From positions 22,917 to 86,916 of the forward strand of contig CAXBLY010000002.1 in assembly GCA_963976865.1 (NCBI GenBank): 64,000 nt of DNA, given 5' to 3'. Position numbers and translations under genes: made by a program. The stretch's first letter is position 1. Every line of letters begins with the position of its first letter. Origin of the DNA: an uncultured Gammaproteobacteria bacterium (GTDB lineage Bacteria > Pseudomonadota > Gammaproteobacteria > UBA4575). The notes under the pieces were generated by a model. The model was not told the DNA's origin. It worked only from the letters and a program-made list of their open reading frames with translations, and searched no databases. Positions 10,021-19,066 of this stretch are shown one piece after another.

Positions 10021-10393
10021 CTACATACTTTTATTCTGCAATTATAAAATCTACGTTCGGTACAGGTAGCGCTATGACTACTACTCAATCAGTACGCTTA
10101 AGCACATAAGGTGTCAAATAGGAAAAGCTTATTCGAACTATAAATATAATATTATCCGGTTGTTTTCAAGCACTAAGAAGCAGCATCCGGGGTACAACCT
10201 CACTACCGGAATATACAGAGTAATCACAATATACTTGCGCAATGTTTCATTTTGTCGATATCACTATTGTGCTGAAGGGCTAAAAAGTAAAAGCTGGCCC
10301 ATAACCATTTTTCTGCAAACTGGATGGTTACGCACCTGCCATAAGTCAATATGGCATGGTTTAGTAAAAATGATTTTATCCAGATGAAATAAC

Positions 10394-10873
10394 TTATAGT
10401 TCAGCTGTATACAAACGATTTTTTCTTTGAGGTTTTTTACCGACCAGATATGAAGATGACGAATCCACAAGCGCCCGGCTCTTGATGGCATTTCGGCCGA
10501 GCAACATTCTGAACCTCATATTTTCTCTGGCAGTCAGAGTGATTTCTATCGGCCATGTATATGCACCAATAGAGAGCGGCGTTTCTATTACCCAGCGTTC
10601 TTCTTTATGTCCACCGGAATCAGTTACAACACGATTGTCTGTCACTTTTGCTTTGCAGATCACTACTGTATCGGTATTAAGCTGTATGGGGTGAATGCTA
10701 AACTCAACAAACTGAATGTTATTTTTCACAAACGGACGCAACTCAAATGCGTGTAGTGCTGACGTTCGTGCACCAGTATCAACTTTGGCTTTAATTTGCG
10801 GCAAACCCAGCTCTGGGAGTGAAACCCACTCTCGCCAGCCGAAAGTTAACTTGTCCTGCGTATCATCGCTCAA
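10394..10873 (-). CDS. RimB-like protein (DUF785/COG4067, retropepsin-like putative ATP-dependent zinc protease)
   Basis: 159 aa, transcribed divergently from rimK. The COG4067-RimK pairing is a conserved neighbourhood (rimABK in Pseudomonas). The fold cannot be verified without a search. Confidence 0.65.
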   Translation of the reverse strand: MSDDTQDKLTFGWREWVSLPELGLPQIKAKVDTGARTSALHAFELRPFVKNNIQFVEFSIHPIQLNTDTVVICKAKVTDNRVVTDSGGHKEERWVIETPLSIGAYTWPIEITLTARENMRFRMLLGRNAIKSRALVDSSSSYLVGKKPQRKNRLYTAEL

Positions 10874-11045
10874 TATCTATGCCTTTGTCATTTGTCTAAC
10901 ACACGGTATAAGCTGTTAAAAAGTCTATTGATTTTACGCAGTAGATTACATTATTCAAGGATGAAATTAGCCTTATTCAGAATATCTATTGTAGAGTACA
11001 CTGGCAGGTATAATTGTAATTAATTTCATTTTACAGGAGCTTATT

Positions 11046-12239
11046 ATCAAACTTGCTATTCTTTCTCGAGGACCCAATTCATACAGCACACGTCGCTTCA
11101 AGGAAGCTGCTTTACAACGAGGACACAGCGTCAGTGTGCTGGACACACTCAAGTTTGCTATCGATTTACAGCAGGGTATTCCTGATCTGTACTACCGCCA
11201 GAAAGTTTTGGGTGACTATGATGCAGTATTACCAAGAATCGGTGCGTCAATTACTTACTATGGTACAGCTGTTGTCAGACAGTTTCAGGAAATGGATGTG
11301 TTTTGCGCGAATACAGCTCACGGAATAACCAATTCCCGAGACAAACTTCGCAGTTTGCAGATATTAAGCCGACATCATATTGGCATTCCGAGAACCACCT
11401 TTGTAAGAGACAGGAAAGATGTACTCCCTGCCATCGAGCGAGTTGGCGGTGCTCCCGTCGTCATTAAATTAATTGAAGGCACCCAGGGTATCGGCGTGCT
11501 ACTTGCTGAAACAATTAATGCAGCAGAATCCATTATCGAACTGTTACAAAGTCAGAAACAGAATGTACTCGTACAGAAATTCGTAGCCGAGAGCAAAGGT
11601 AAGGATATTCGCGCGTTAGTTGTCGGTGACCGTGTTGTTGCTGCGATGCGTCGAGTTGCGCAAGGCCAGGAATTTCGAAGTAACGTCCATCGTGGCGGAA
11701 TCGCAGAAGTTGTAGAACTCGATGATAAATACAAGGAAACAGCCGTGCGTGCCGCACAGATATTAGGTTTACAGATAGCGGGTGTTGATATGCTGGAAGG
11801 TAAACATGGACCGCAAATCATGGAAGTCAATTCATCTCCCGGCCTTGAAGGGATAGAATCCTGTACCGAACTCGACGTTGCAGGTGCAATTATTGATTAT
11901 ATTTCTGCGCAAGTTGATTTTCCGGAAATCGATATAAGACAGCGACTGACTGTAAGTAAAGGTTATGGTGTCAGTGAAATTTATGTGCCTGAAGGAGCAA
12001 AATTCGTTGGCAGCACCATTAAGGAAGTCATGCATGCAGAAAAAGATATCAATGTGCTGACGCTATACCGTGGCAATAAGGTAATTCCCAATCCACGCAC
12101 CGATCGCATAATAGAAGCTGAAGATAAATTACTCTGCTTTGGAAAACTTGAGTTCATGCGAGATATGATCCCGGCAAAAGCACGCAGACGGCGCAGACCA
12201 GAGTTAATGGATTTAAATACAGGCGAGGCTAGTGACTAA
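11046..12239 (+). CDS. rimK: RimK-family ATP-grasp alpha-L-glutamate ligase (ribosomal protein S6 modification) with a fused C-terminal RCK_C/TrkA-C domain; probable non-ATG start (ATC/ATT) about 90 nt upstream of the tracked ATG
   Basis: The tracked ORF (11136..12239) starts at MLDTLKF, but the same frame is open upstream and reads IKLAILSRGPNSYSTRRFKEAALQRGHSVSVLDT, the canonical RimK N-terminus (E. coli [22 protein letters not shown]). GGAG at 11036-11039 is followed by ATT at 11043 and ATC at 11046. The ATP-grasp core is present. The C-terminal about 70 aa (VSEIYVPEGAKFVGSTIKEV...VLTLYRGNKVIPNP...DKLLCFG) look like an RCK_C domain. Confidence 0.8.
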   Translation: MKLAILSRGPNSYSTRRFKEAALQRGHSVSVLDTLKFAIDLQQGIPDLYYRQKVLGDYDAVLPRIGASITYYGTAVVRQFQEMDVFCANTAHGITNSRDKLRSLQILSRHHIGIPRTTFVRDRKDVLPAIERVGGAPVVIKLIEGTQGIGVLLAETINAAESIIELLQSQKQNVLVQKFVAESKGKDIRALVVGDRVVAAMRRVAQGQEFRSNVHRGGIAEVVELDDKYKETAVRAAQILGLQIAGVDMLEGKHGPQIMEVNSSPGLEGIESCTELDVAGAIIDYISAQVDFPEIDIRQRLTVSKGYGVSEIYVPEGAKFVGSTIKEVMHAEKDINVLTLYRGNKVIPNPRTDRIIEAEDKLLCFGKLEFMRDMIPAKARRRRRPELMDLNTGEASD

Positions 12240-12297
12240 ATATCACTGGCCTGGAAATTTAGTCTATCTTTCTAATATTACCTAGAGATATTACACG

Positions 12298-13362
12298 TTG
12301 AGCGCAAGTAAAACACCAGACAACAAACCTTTTGAAATTGCCGGGCACGTTGTTGAACCAGGCAGTCGAATTCAGTTCGACCTTCCTACTGCTAACCTGT
12401 ATACGCATACCCCGCTCAATATGCCTATAGAAATCATCAATGGAAAATATAGTGGTCCGGTACTTCTGGTATGCGCTGCCATTCATGGTGACGAACTGAA
12501 TGGTGTAGAAATAATTCGGCGTGTGCGAAGTTTTCGCGGAATAGATAAATTACATGGGACATTAGTCCTCGTCCCTGTGGTAAATCTGTTTGGATTTATT
12601 CACCAGTCTCGCTATCTACCGGATCGACGTGATTTGAATCGATGTTTCCCAGGAAGCGAAAAAGGATCGATTGCCTCTCGTGTGGCATTCAAGTTCTTCA
12701 ATGAAATTGTCAAACACTGTACACATATTATTGACCTGCATACTGCTGCAATAAACAGAGACAATCTTCCCCAGATCAGAGCAGCATTGGAAAATCCTGA
12801 AGTAGAAAAACTGGCAAAAGGTTTTTCCATACCTGTAATCATTAATTCAGGATTAATAGAAAACACACTTCGTTACGAAGCTGGGCAATTAGGCATTCCT
12901 GTCATTACTTATGAATCCGGTGAAGCACTTCGCCTGTCTGAACAATGTATTGTGACTGGTGTGCGCGGAATTGTCAGCGTCATGAGAACACTGAACATGC
13001 TCCCTTCTAAGCGAATCGCAACCGTAAAAGCAGAACCTTATATTGCAAGGTCAAGCAGCTGGTTTCGTGCACCTCTGGATGGCATGTTCCGCCCCTTATG
13101 CAAGCTTGGCGCACGAGTGAAAAGTGGCGATGTACTGGGTGTAATCTCAGCCCCTTTTTCAGCCGAAGAAGAAGTCTTAACAACAAAATCAGACGGCATT
13201 ATTATATGTGTTAGCAATCTGCCACTTGTGAATGAAGGAGAAGCCTTATTTCACATAGCAAGATTTGAGAAAGCGGGCGTTGTTGAAAGTGAAATCGCAG
13301 CGCATGAAAGCAACATTGAAGATGATCGCCTATTTGAAATAGAGACAATAACAAACCCCTGA
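12298..13362 (+). CDS. Succinylglutamate desuccinylase/aspartoacylase-family (AstE/AspA, COG3608) zinc deacylase, RimK-associated
   Basis: 354 aa. Zinc-ligand motifs of the AstE_AspA family (HGDELNG, E..LNRCFPG, DLH) are present. It follows rimK at 58 nt, the known COG0189-COG3608 neighbourhood. Confidence 0.8.
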   Translation: MSASKTPDNKPFEIAGHVVEPGSRIQFDLPTANLYTHTPLNMPIEIINGKYSGPVLLVCAAIHGDELNGVEIIRRVRSFRGIDKLHGTLVLVPVVNLFGFIHQSRYLPDRRDLNRCFPGSEKGSIASRVAFKFFNEIVKHCTHIIDLHTAAINRDNLPQIRAALENPEVEKLAKGFSIPVIINSGLIENTLRYEAGQLGIPVITYESGEALRLSEQCIVTGVRGIVSVMRTLNMLPSKRIATVKAEPYIARSSSWFRAPLDGMFRPLCKLGARVKSGDVLGVISAPFSAEEEVLTTKSDGIIICVSNLPLVNEGEALFHIARFEKAGVVESEIAAHESNIEDDRLFEIETITNP

Positions 13363-13375
13363 TCACAAGGACATG

Positions 13376-14089
13376 TTACCAGTGCATATTCTCTAAATGT
13401 ATTCTCAGTTGGGTAACATTTTTAAATTTTTTCAGAATCAAACTGGGTTTCAAACCACAACAGATATATTTTATTGCATCGGGCTGTCTGGAATAGTGCT
13501 TTGCCCCTCCAAACGAGTCGTAAAAGATTTTTATAAGATCCACAATGTCTTCTCTTCTTGATTCACGCTTGGATTCTTTTGAAAAAATCAGATCCAGCAA
13601 CTTTAACTGAAATTCCAGTCCGAATTTATTTATGATTACATTCTCAGTATGCAGATCACCATGGTATTCACCCAGATTATGAATTTGCTCAACCCCTTTT
13701 GTCATTGCATAAAGCAGATGAAGGGCCTGAAATGAAGATAAGCGCTTGCCTGGAAACCGGGTGATGAATTCAGATAATAGCTCCCCTTCTATAAATTCAG
13801 AAATCAATACTGTTATTGGCTTTCGTTTAAATATAAAAGTTTCTTTCGTATGATACTGAATTAGAATTGGGCACTCTCTAAGCTTATGTAATTGCTTGGC
13901 GTAGAAATTTGCTGTTTTATCATTCTTGTTTCTTTCTGGATAAAACAACTTTGCAGCGCGTTCAATATTAGTCCCTGTTTCTAAAATTTTATACACCTCA
14001 CCTTCCCAGCCACAACCCAGCTTGGAAATCACTTCAAATTTCCTGGATATGATACGCCCGGGAGACAAGTTGAATTCGCTATCTGTCAT
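13376..14089 (-). CDS. Small atypical protein kinase of the RIO/Bud32/Kdo-kinase type
   Basis: 237 aa with Gly-loop LGCGWEGEVYK, beta3 Lys in RAAKLF, hinge LISEFIEGE, catalytic loop HGDLHTENVII (the RIO/Bud32 HGDL signature) and LLDLIF as the metal-binding-loop equivalent. Its start overlaps the stop of the upstream phosphoesterase gene (ATGA). Confidence 0.55.
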   Translation of the reverse strand: MTDSEFNLSPGRIISRKFEVISKLGCGWEGEVYKILETGTNIERAAKLFYPERNKNDKTANFYAKQLHKLRECPILIQYHTKETFIFKRKPITVLISEFIEGELLSEFITRFPGKRLSSFQALHLLYAMTKGVEQIHNLGEYHGDLHTENVIINKFGLEFQLKLLDLIFSKESKRESRREDIVDLIKIFYDSFGGAKHYSRQPDAIKYICCGLKPSLILKKFKNVTQLRIHLENMHW

Positions 14090-14832
14090 AGGTTTATTAC
14101 AAAATCAGGAATAAATTCTTTATTCGGCGAGTCAGAGTACCCACGAGGATTACAGACAACGCGTGTCTTTCCAATCATGTAGTCACTATGTTTATGTATA
14201 TGGCCATGAACCCAGAGATCAGCATCAGAATCATTCACGGTTTGATCCAGGTGTGACGCATAGGCAGCGTTAATAACATTGTTGCCTGATTCACCTGACA
14301 ATGATTTTTCACTGGGAGCATGGTGAGTGACTATGACACGCTTCCCTTCTGGTGCTACTTCAATTTCTCTGTTCAGCCAAATCATGGAGCGCTGGTGAAA
14401 CTTTAATACATCCGACGACTTAATGCTCCTATTCGATACACCATACTTGATAGCATCATAATCAGAAATATACCTTGTCGCCATATTCTTTGCGGACCTG
14501 GCATTTCCATACAGATTAAAGTCTGTCCACATTGTGCAGCATAGGAATTGCACGTCATCAATCTGGATAGATTCATTTTCCATAACATGGATATTTGACC
14601 CTGCAGTGAGTTCTTTCAGCAAAGCCAGATGCTGCTGTAATGAGGCTCCGTAATATTCATGATTACCTGGTACATAGATAACCGGAATATGACTGAAATA
14701 CTGTCTGGCCCAGTCAACACCGCCAGACTCTATATGAATGTCACCAGCAAGTATTAAGACATCTATATTTAAGTCAGGTGGAACAAACTCTCCGAATTCT
14801 AAATGCAGGTCACTTAGAATATAGATTCTCAT
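14086..14832 (-). CDS. Calcineurin-like metallophosphoesterase
   Basis: 248 aa with the full MPP motif set DLH, AGDIH, GNHE, VTHH, GHIH. Cytoplasmic, no signal peptide. Confidence 0.8.
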   Translation of the reverse strand: MRIYILSDLHLEFGEFVPPDLNIDVLILAGDIHIESGGVDWARQYFSHIPVIYVPGNHEYYGASLQQHLALLKELTAGSNIHVMENESIQIDDVQFLCCTMWTDFNLYGNARSAKNMATRYISDYDAIKYGVSNRSIKSSDVLKFHQRSMIWLNREIEVAPEGKRVIVTHHAPSEKSLSGESGNNVINAAYASHLDQTVNDSDADLWVHGHIHKHSDYMIGKTRVVCNPRGYSDSPNKEFIPDFVINL

Positions 14833-14850
14833 TCGAAAAGTATGCTTGTT

Positions 14851-15108
14851 TTAGTATATGTCTGGTGAGTTATCAGATTCGTTATTTTTGACTTTAATCC
14901 TGTATAAAGTTGCATTGTCTTTGTTATCGGCTAGCTCTAACACCAGATTAACCAGGTCCGCTGCTGTGATATCACCACTTTTAATTTCGGCAATTTCATC
15001 AACCGTTAGCTCTTTAACAAGCTCTCGTGTTGTCACTGAAGTGCCTTTACAGGCAGTTTCCAGTGCGGCCTGAAGGACACTAGGCTTTATTTTATCGTGC
15101 ATTATCAA
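14851..15108 (-). CDS. Hypothetical small acidic protein (85 aa), first gene of the kinase/phosphoesterase unit
   Basis: ORF with coding-like composition, 18 nt upstream of the phosphoesterase gene and preceded by a 400-bp AT-rich promoter region. No recognisable motif. Confidence 0.4.
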   Translation of the reverse strand: MIMHDKIKPSVLQAALETACKGTSVTTRELVKELTVDEIAEIKSGDITAADLVNLVLELADNKDNATLYRIKVKNNESDNSPDIY

Positions 15109-15514
15109 GTCAACTCATGATGTAATTTTCGCAGTTTTTTACTTAAAGTAGACATGGTTGGATATATCTATTAATGAGTGCTGCAAGCAACGCAATTAAA
15201 TATTAGATTCACGCCATTTTCATAGCAATACATGGACATTTGTCATTAATCCCTGCAGTTATAGAATCAACCAACTGATCTTGAGTATATTAAGGTATTT
15301 ATCGTGGTGCAATATTTTTCGGCACACTATTTTTTCTTTATTTATCATATAGATAGACGATATTTTGACACGAAAACAGGCTATTCCATGATTTTGAATA
15401 TGACAGGCCACTCAGTCATTTATATGTATGTGGTATCAAGTACCCGATGAATAATACTGACGTTAGCCAGGAAAATAGACACAGTTACTTAATCTGTAAC
15501 TCACTAACAATATT

Positions 15515-16012
15515 ATGATTCGGTCCTGCATATTTCTTGTTATCCTGATTGCCATGCCTGGCGTATCGTTAGCGCAAAGGACAGAAATCTATGCAGTGCA
15601 GATAGGCACTTATGAAAAGTTTGCTGACGCTACCCGGCAAGCCGTCAAAGACTTTGAGAATGTTCATGTTTTCACTTACAGAAATGTATCACGAGTCACG
15701 GTAGGCGAATTCACCTCAAGAGATAACGCTAAAGCTTTATTAAAAGAACTTAAAAAAGCTGGATTTCATGATGCTTTTATCCGTAGAACCGGATACGTTG
15801 ACCTTAACAAACCTCACAGTACGATAGAAAAATTCAACATACTTATTTCAGAATTTGATGCAAAAGCATTTTACCTGGACGGCGACCTGTTTATATTTCA
15901 GGGGTCTGGTTACATCAAGATTCACCACCAGGATTTAAAGAAAATATCCAGCACCAGGCCTTCTATTAATTTAAACCCGAATAATAATTTTCAGCTTATT
16001 AACTCGTACTAG
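15515..16012 (+). CDS. Secreted SPOR-domain (peptidoglycan-binding) protein
   Basis: 165 aa, signal peptide MIRSCIFLVILIAMPGVSLA. The SPOR-like block is YAVQIGTYEKFADATRQAVKDFE...AKALLKELKKAGFHDAFI. Confidence 0.55.
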   Translation: MIRSCIFLVILIAMPGVSLAQRTEIYAVQIGTYEKFADATRQAVKDFENVHVFTYRNVSRVTVGEFTSRDNAKALLKELKKAGFHDAFIRRTGYVDLNKPHSTIEKFNILISEFDAKAFYLDGDLFIFQGSGYIKIHHQDLKKISSTRPSINLNPNNNFQLINSY

Positions 16013-17226
16013 CCATCAAGAATTATAGTATCGATTTTCAGGTCACCTGTTATCGTTTTATGCACAGGACACTTGTTAGCTATATCTATCAAACGTTGGC
16101 GCTGGGATTCGTCAAGATCGCCAATCAATATAATTTTACGAATAATTGTTTCTACTTTACCTGAATCATCCTCACAGTCATGACAGTCTTTGATGTGTTC
16201 ACTATTATGCTCGAGAGTGATTGTCACATCATCCAGAGACCATTGTTTTCGGTTCGCATACATACGAATAGTCATTGATGTACAGGCTCCTAATGCTGCC
16301 AGGAGGTGCTCATAAGGATCAGGTCCGTGGTTACTACCACCAAACTCAGTTGGCTCGTCAGCAAACCATTGATGGTCATCAGTAGTCACCTGTCTAAGAA
16401 ACTTTTGGTTTGATTCAAGTATACAAACCTGGCCTTTTGGTATTTTCACGGACTCATCTTCGTGGCAATCGATATAACGCTGCGCCCAGGCAACAATAGT
16501 ATTCGCCACATATGCTGCATCATCATTATTTGTTAACAAATGACTGGCATTATCCAGTGTAATAAAACTTTTTGGATGTTTAGCTTTTGAAAATATGATT
16601 CCTGCCTGATCAATAGATACGACGTCATCTACAGGAGAATGAAAGACCAGCAATGCCTTGCGAAGGTTGGTAATTTTTTCTTCAGTGTTTTGTGCTGAGA
16701 GATCATCAATAAATTGCTTCTGGACATCAAAATAACGTCCAGCAATATCGACAGAAGCAACACCATTTTTGTGTATGCTTTCCACTTCTTTAGAGAATAG
16801 ATGTAATAAGTGATCGGCAGTCGCAGGAGACCCAATTGTCACCACAGCTTTGCATTCCTGTATCTCGCTTGAAGCGTGAAGTGCAGCAGTCCCTCCCAGG
16901 CTGTGTCCAATAAGTAATTGCGGTGCTTTGTACTCTCTGCGCAACATATCTGCTGCAGATAGAAGATCGGCGACGTTACTGGTGAAATTAGTGTCTGAGA
17001 AGTCTCCTTGTGATTCACCAAGGCCGGTAAAATCAAAGCGTAATACCGCGACGCCATTTAACGCAAGCTTATTTGCTACATATGCAGCAGCAAGAATGTC
17101 TTTGCCACAGGTAAAGCAATGTGCGAACAAGGCATAGTAATTTATTTTTGTATCTGGCAGTTCAAGGATTGCTGCTAGCTGGTCACCAGATTGGTTAGCA
17201 AATGTGATTCTCTTTTTAGTAGGCAA
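16009..17226 (-). CDS. Bifunctional alpha/beta-hydrolase-OsmC/Ohr-family fusion protein
   Basis: 405 aa. The N-terminal half has the nucleophile elbow GHSLGG. The C-terminal about 140 aa are OsmC-like (GPDPYEHLLAALGACTSMT...ANKCPVHKTI). Confidence 0.8.
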   Translation of the reverse strand: MPTKKRITFANQSGDQLAAILELPDTKINYYALFAHCFTCGKDILAAAYVANKLALNGVAVLRFDFTGLGESQGDFSDTNFTSNVADLLSAADMLRREYKAPQLLIGHSLGGTAALHASSEIQECKAVVTIGSPATADHLLHLFSKEVESIHKNGVASVDIAGRYFDVQKQFIDDLSAQNTEEKITNLRKALLVFHSPVDDVVSIDQAGIIFSKAKHPKSFITLDNASHLLTNNDDAAYVANTIVAWAQRYIDCHEDESVKIPKGQVCILESNQKFLRQVTTDDHQWFADEPTEFGGSNHGPDPYEHLLAALGACTSMTIRMYANRKQWSLDDVTITLEHNSEHIKDCHDCEDDSGKVETIIRKIILIGDLDESQRQRLIDIANKCPVHKTITGDLKIDTIILDG

Positions 17227-17265
17227 AATAAATTCTATTAATCGTTAAAAAGTTAAGTTTACTGA

Positions 17266-17511
17266 TTACTTAATTGCGACAGGATTCAGAGACATATAAA
17301 GTGACTGCGCATGCTCTGCCGCAGTAATACCAGAACTTGTAAGATATCCACCATCCACCTGAGAGGCAAACCCTTTATCATACAAACTTTGTGCGGCTGC
17401 TTTAGTAGCAGGATCAGCTGTTTTATGAATTTTAATGCCTGCTCTCATTGTAGAAAGATCAAATGTAAGAAGCAGATTTAATTCAGCGACATTCTCTGAT
17501 GTAAAAGTCAT
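17266..17511 (-). CDS. Hypothetical protein (81 aa)
   Basis: ORF upstream of the hydrolase-OsmC gene on the same strand. No motif recognised. Confidence 0.3.
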   Translation of the reverse strand: MTFTSENVAELNLLLTFDLSTMRAGIKIHKTADPATKAAAQSLYDKGFASQVDGGYLTSSGITAAEHAQSLYMSLNPVAIK

Positions 17512-17994
17512 TCACTCGACTCCATTATAATAGTTGATATAAACGTACAATCATTTACTAAAATACTTTAATACAGATTATTTGAAAGTTATACCTGAAT
17601 TTACCTTATGCATATATAGTAACAGGACACTCTTGGATTTATGCCCATAAATTGATTCAGCCTATGTTACTAAACCAGCGCACAGGATGATTATCCCTGT
17701 ATCAGTAATTCTATGCATACCCAGTTTAAAACATGATGATAACCTTGTTTTCTCGGGGATATACAAGCACACAAAATGTATTACGCCATTGATACTGCCC
17801 TACGAAATAATATTCCCTGATTACCCGCTTATCTGTTCTGCGCTGTCAGCACCTGTCACAGTTGTATTATTACCAGGATTTTCATAACGCGTGTCAATTT
17901 TCAATATAACAATCAGGCATGTATTACAAATAAACCAGAAATAACTGTCCAGCATTATAGTTAAGCTGTATAGTGTTAGCAGACATCGCGTGTA

Positions 17995-18342
17995 ATGCGC
18001 TCTTCTGGAATAATGCCAGTTCCAGTCAATCTCGCAGCCATATATAGAAGCGAAAAATCAATCCCCATCATTACCACACTAGACACTATGACAGACAATA
18101 CGGCCAGCACTTCACAATTCTATTCAATCGAATCCATAGAGCCTGTTGAACCACCTGCAGGAGCAGAAGGCAGTGATTGGCACCAATATGTAATAGTTCA
18201 GGGAACAAATAGAATAAGTGGCTATCGTCAGGGCAGCATGGATTCAGTACGCCGCGCAACTGAAGAAAACATTGAATTATTAAACGAGCGACAATTTGGT
18301 AAACGCGCACGCGTACAGCAATCACTTTCCAGCAAGAAATGA
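17995..18342 (+). CDS. Hypothetical protein (115 aa), possibly starting at the internal Met (MTDNTAST...)
   Basis: ORF 40 nt upstream of the methyltransferase gene. No motif recognised. A 99-aa antisense ORF overlaps it. Confidence 0.3.
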   Translation: MRSSGIMPVPVNLAAIYRSEKSIPIITTLDTMTDNTASTSQFYSIESIEPVEPPAGAEGSDWHQYVIVQGTNRISGYRQGSMDSVRRATEENIELLNERQFGKRARVQQSLSSKK

Positions 18343-18384
18343 CATTCATGCGACCAGGGCATTTAATTAAAGTGACTAATTTCA

Positions 18385-19050
18385 ATGCCTCAAGTTAGAA
18401 CGCGTTATCAGACCATCGAGTTTGATCAAACCGATATACACTTAAGAACATTACGAGACAATCAACAGTACTTCGACAAAGACAATATTGCTGAAAAACT
18501 AGGTATATCTTCAGCGACATGGCCGTTATTTGGAGTGGTATGGCCGTCGAGCATTGTGCTGGCACATTATATGATGGATTATGACTTTGCCAACAAACGC
18601 ATCCTGGAAATTGGCTGCGGAATTGGCCTGGCTAGCCTGTTATTAAATTACAGGCACGCAGATATTAGTGCTACAGACATGCATCCCGAAGCCGAGCAAT
18701 ATTTGATAGAAAATACCCATCTCAATAAAGGCAAGCCCATCCCTTTTGAGCGCGCAACATGGAATAGCTACATTATGGAACTGGGCAAGTTCGATTTAAT
18801 CATTGGTAGTGACGTGTTATACGAAAGAGATAATATAAACAGTTTGGCCACTTTTATAGACAACCACACCAAAGCAAACAGCAACGTTATTATTGTCGAT
18901 CCAGGCAGAGGCAATCATGCTGCATTTAGCAAGAAGATGGTAAAGCTGGGCTATTCACACAATCAAACCAAGACCGGGGATACCAGTTATTTGGAGAAAC
19001 CCTATAAGGGACAAATTCTTCAGTATGCTTCTCACGAAATGCAGGCTTAA
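18385..19050 (+). CDS. Class I SAM-dependent methyltransferase (protein-lysine MTase-like, Methyltransf_16-type)
   Basis: 221 aa with motif I ILEIGCGIGLAS and motif post-II DLIIGSDVLYE, typical of METTL21/EftM-like lysine methyltransferases. Confidence 0.7.
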   Translation: MPQVRTRYQTIEFDQTDIHLRTLRDNQQYFDKDNIAEKLGISSATWPLFGVVWPSSIVLAHYMMDYDFANKRILEIGCGIGLASLLLNYRHADISATDMHPEAEQYLIENTHLNKGKPIPFERATWNSYIMELGKFDLIIGSDVLYERDNINSLATFIDNHTKANSNVIIVDPGRGNHAAFSKKMVKLGYSHNQTKTGDTSYLEKPYKGQILQYASHEMQA

Positions 19051-19066
19051 TTCCTGATTTAAATCA

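Noticed and set aside
10160-10491. Two overlapping 75-aa ORFs in the amiC-rimB intergenic region
   Set aside because: Overlap each other on opposite strands in an AT-rich promoter region, with no ribosome-binding sites or motifs. More likely non-coding promoter DNA.
10989-11014. Candidate sigma70 promoter for rimK (TTGTAG ... TATAAT)
   Set aside because: The TATAAT at 11009-11014 is good, but the spacer to the best -35-like hexamer is only 14 nt. Left uncalled.
11053-11328. 91-aa ORF overlapping the rimK 5' region in another frame
   Set aside because: The alternative frame encodes the conserved RimK N-terminus. This ORF is a frame artefact.
18086-18385. 99-aa minus-strand ORF antisense to the 115-aa hypothetical
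   Set aside because: Neither is strongly supported. The plus-strand ORF is retained because it is translationally positioned ahead of the methyltransferase gene. The antisense ORF has Cys/Leu-rich composition typical of an artefact.
19051-19066. Short hairpin CTGAT-ttaaatc-ATCAG between convergent methyltransferase and recQ
   Set aside because: 5-bp AT-rich stem without U-run. Too weak to call a terminator.
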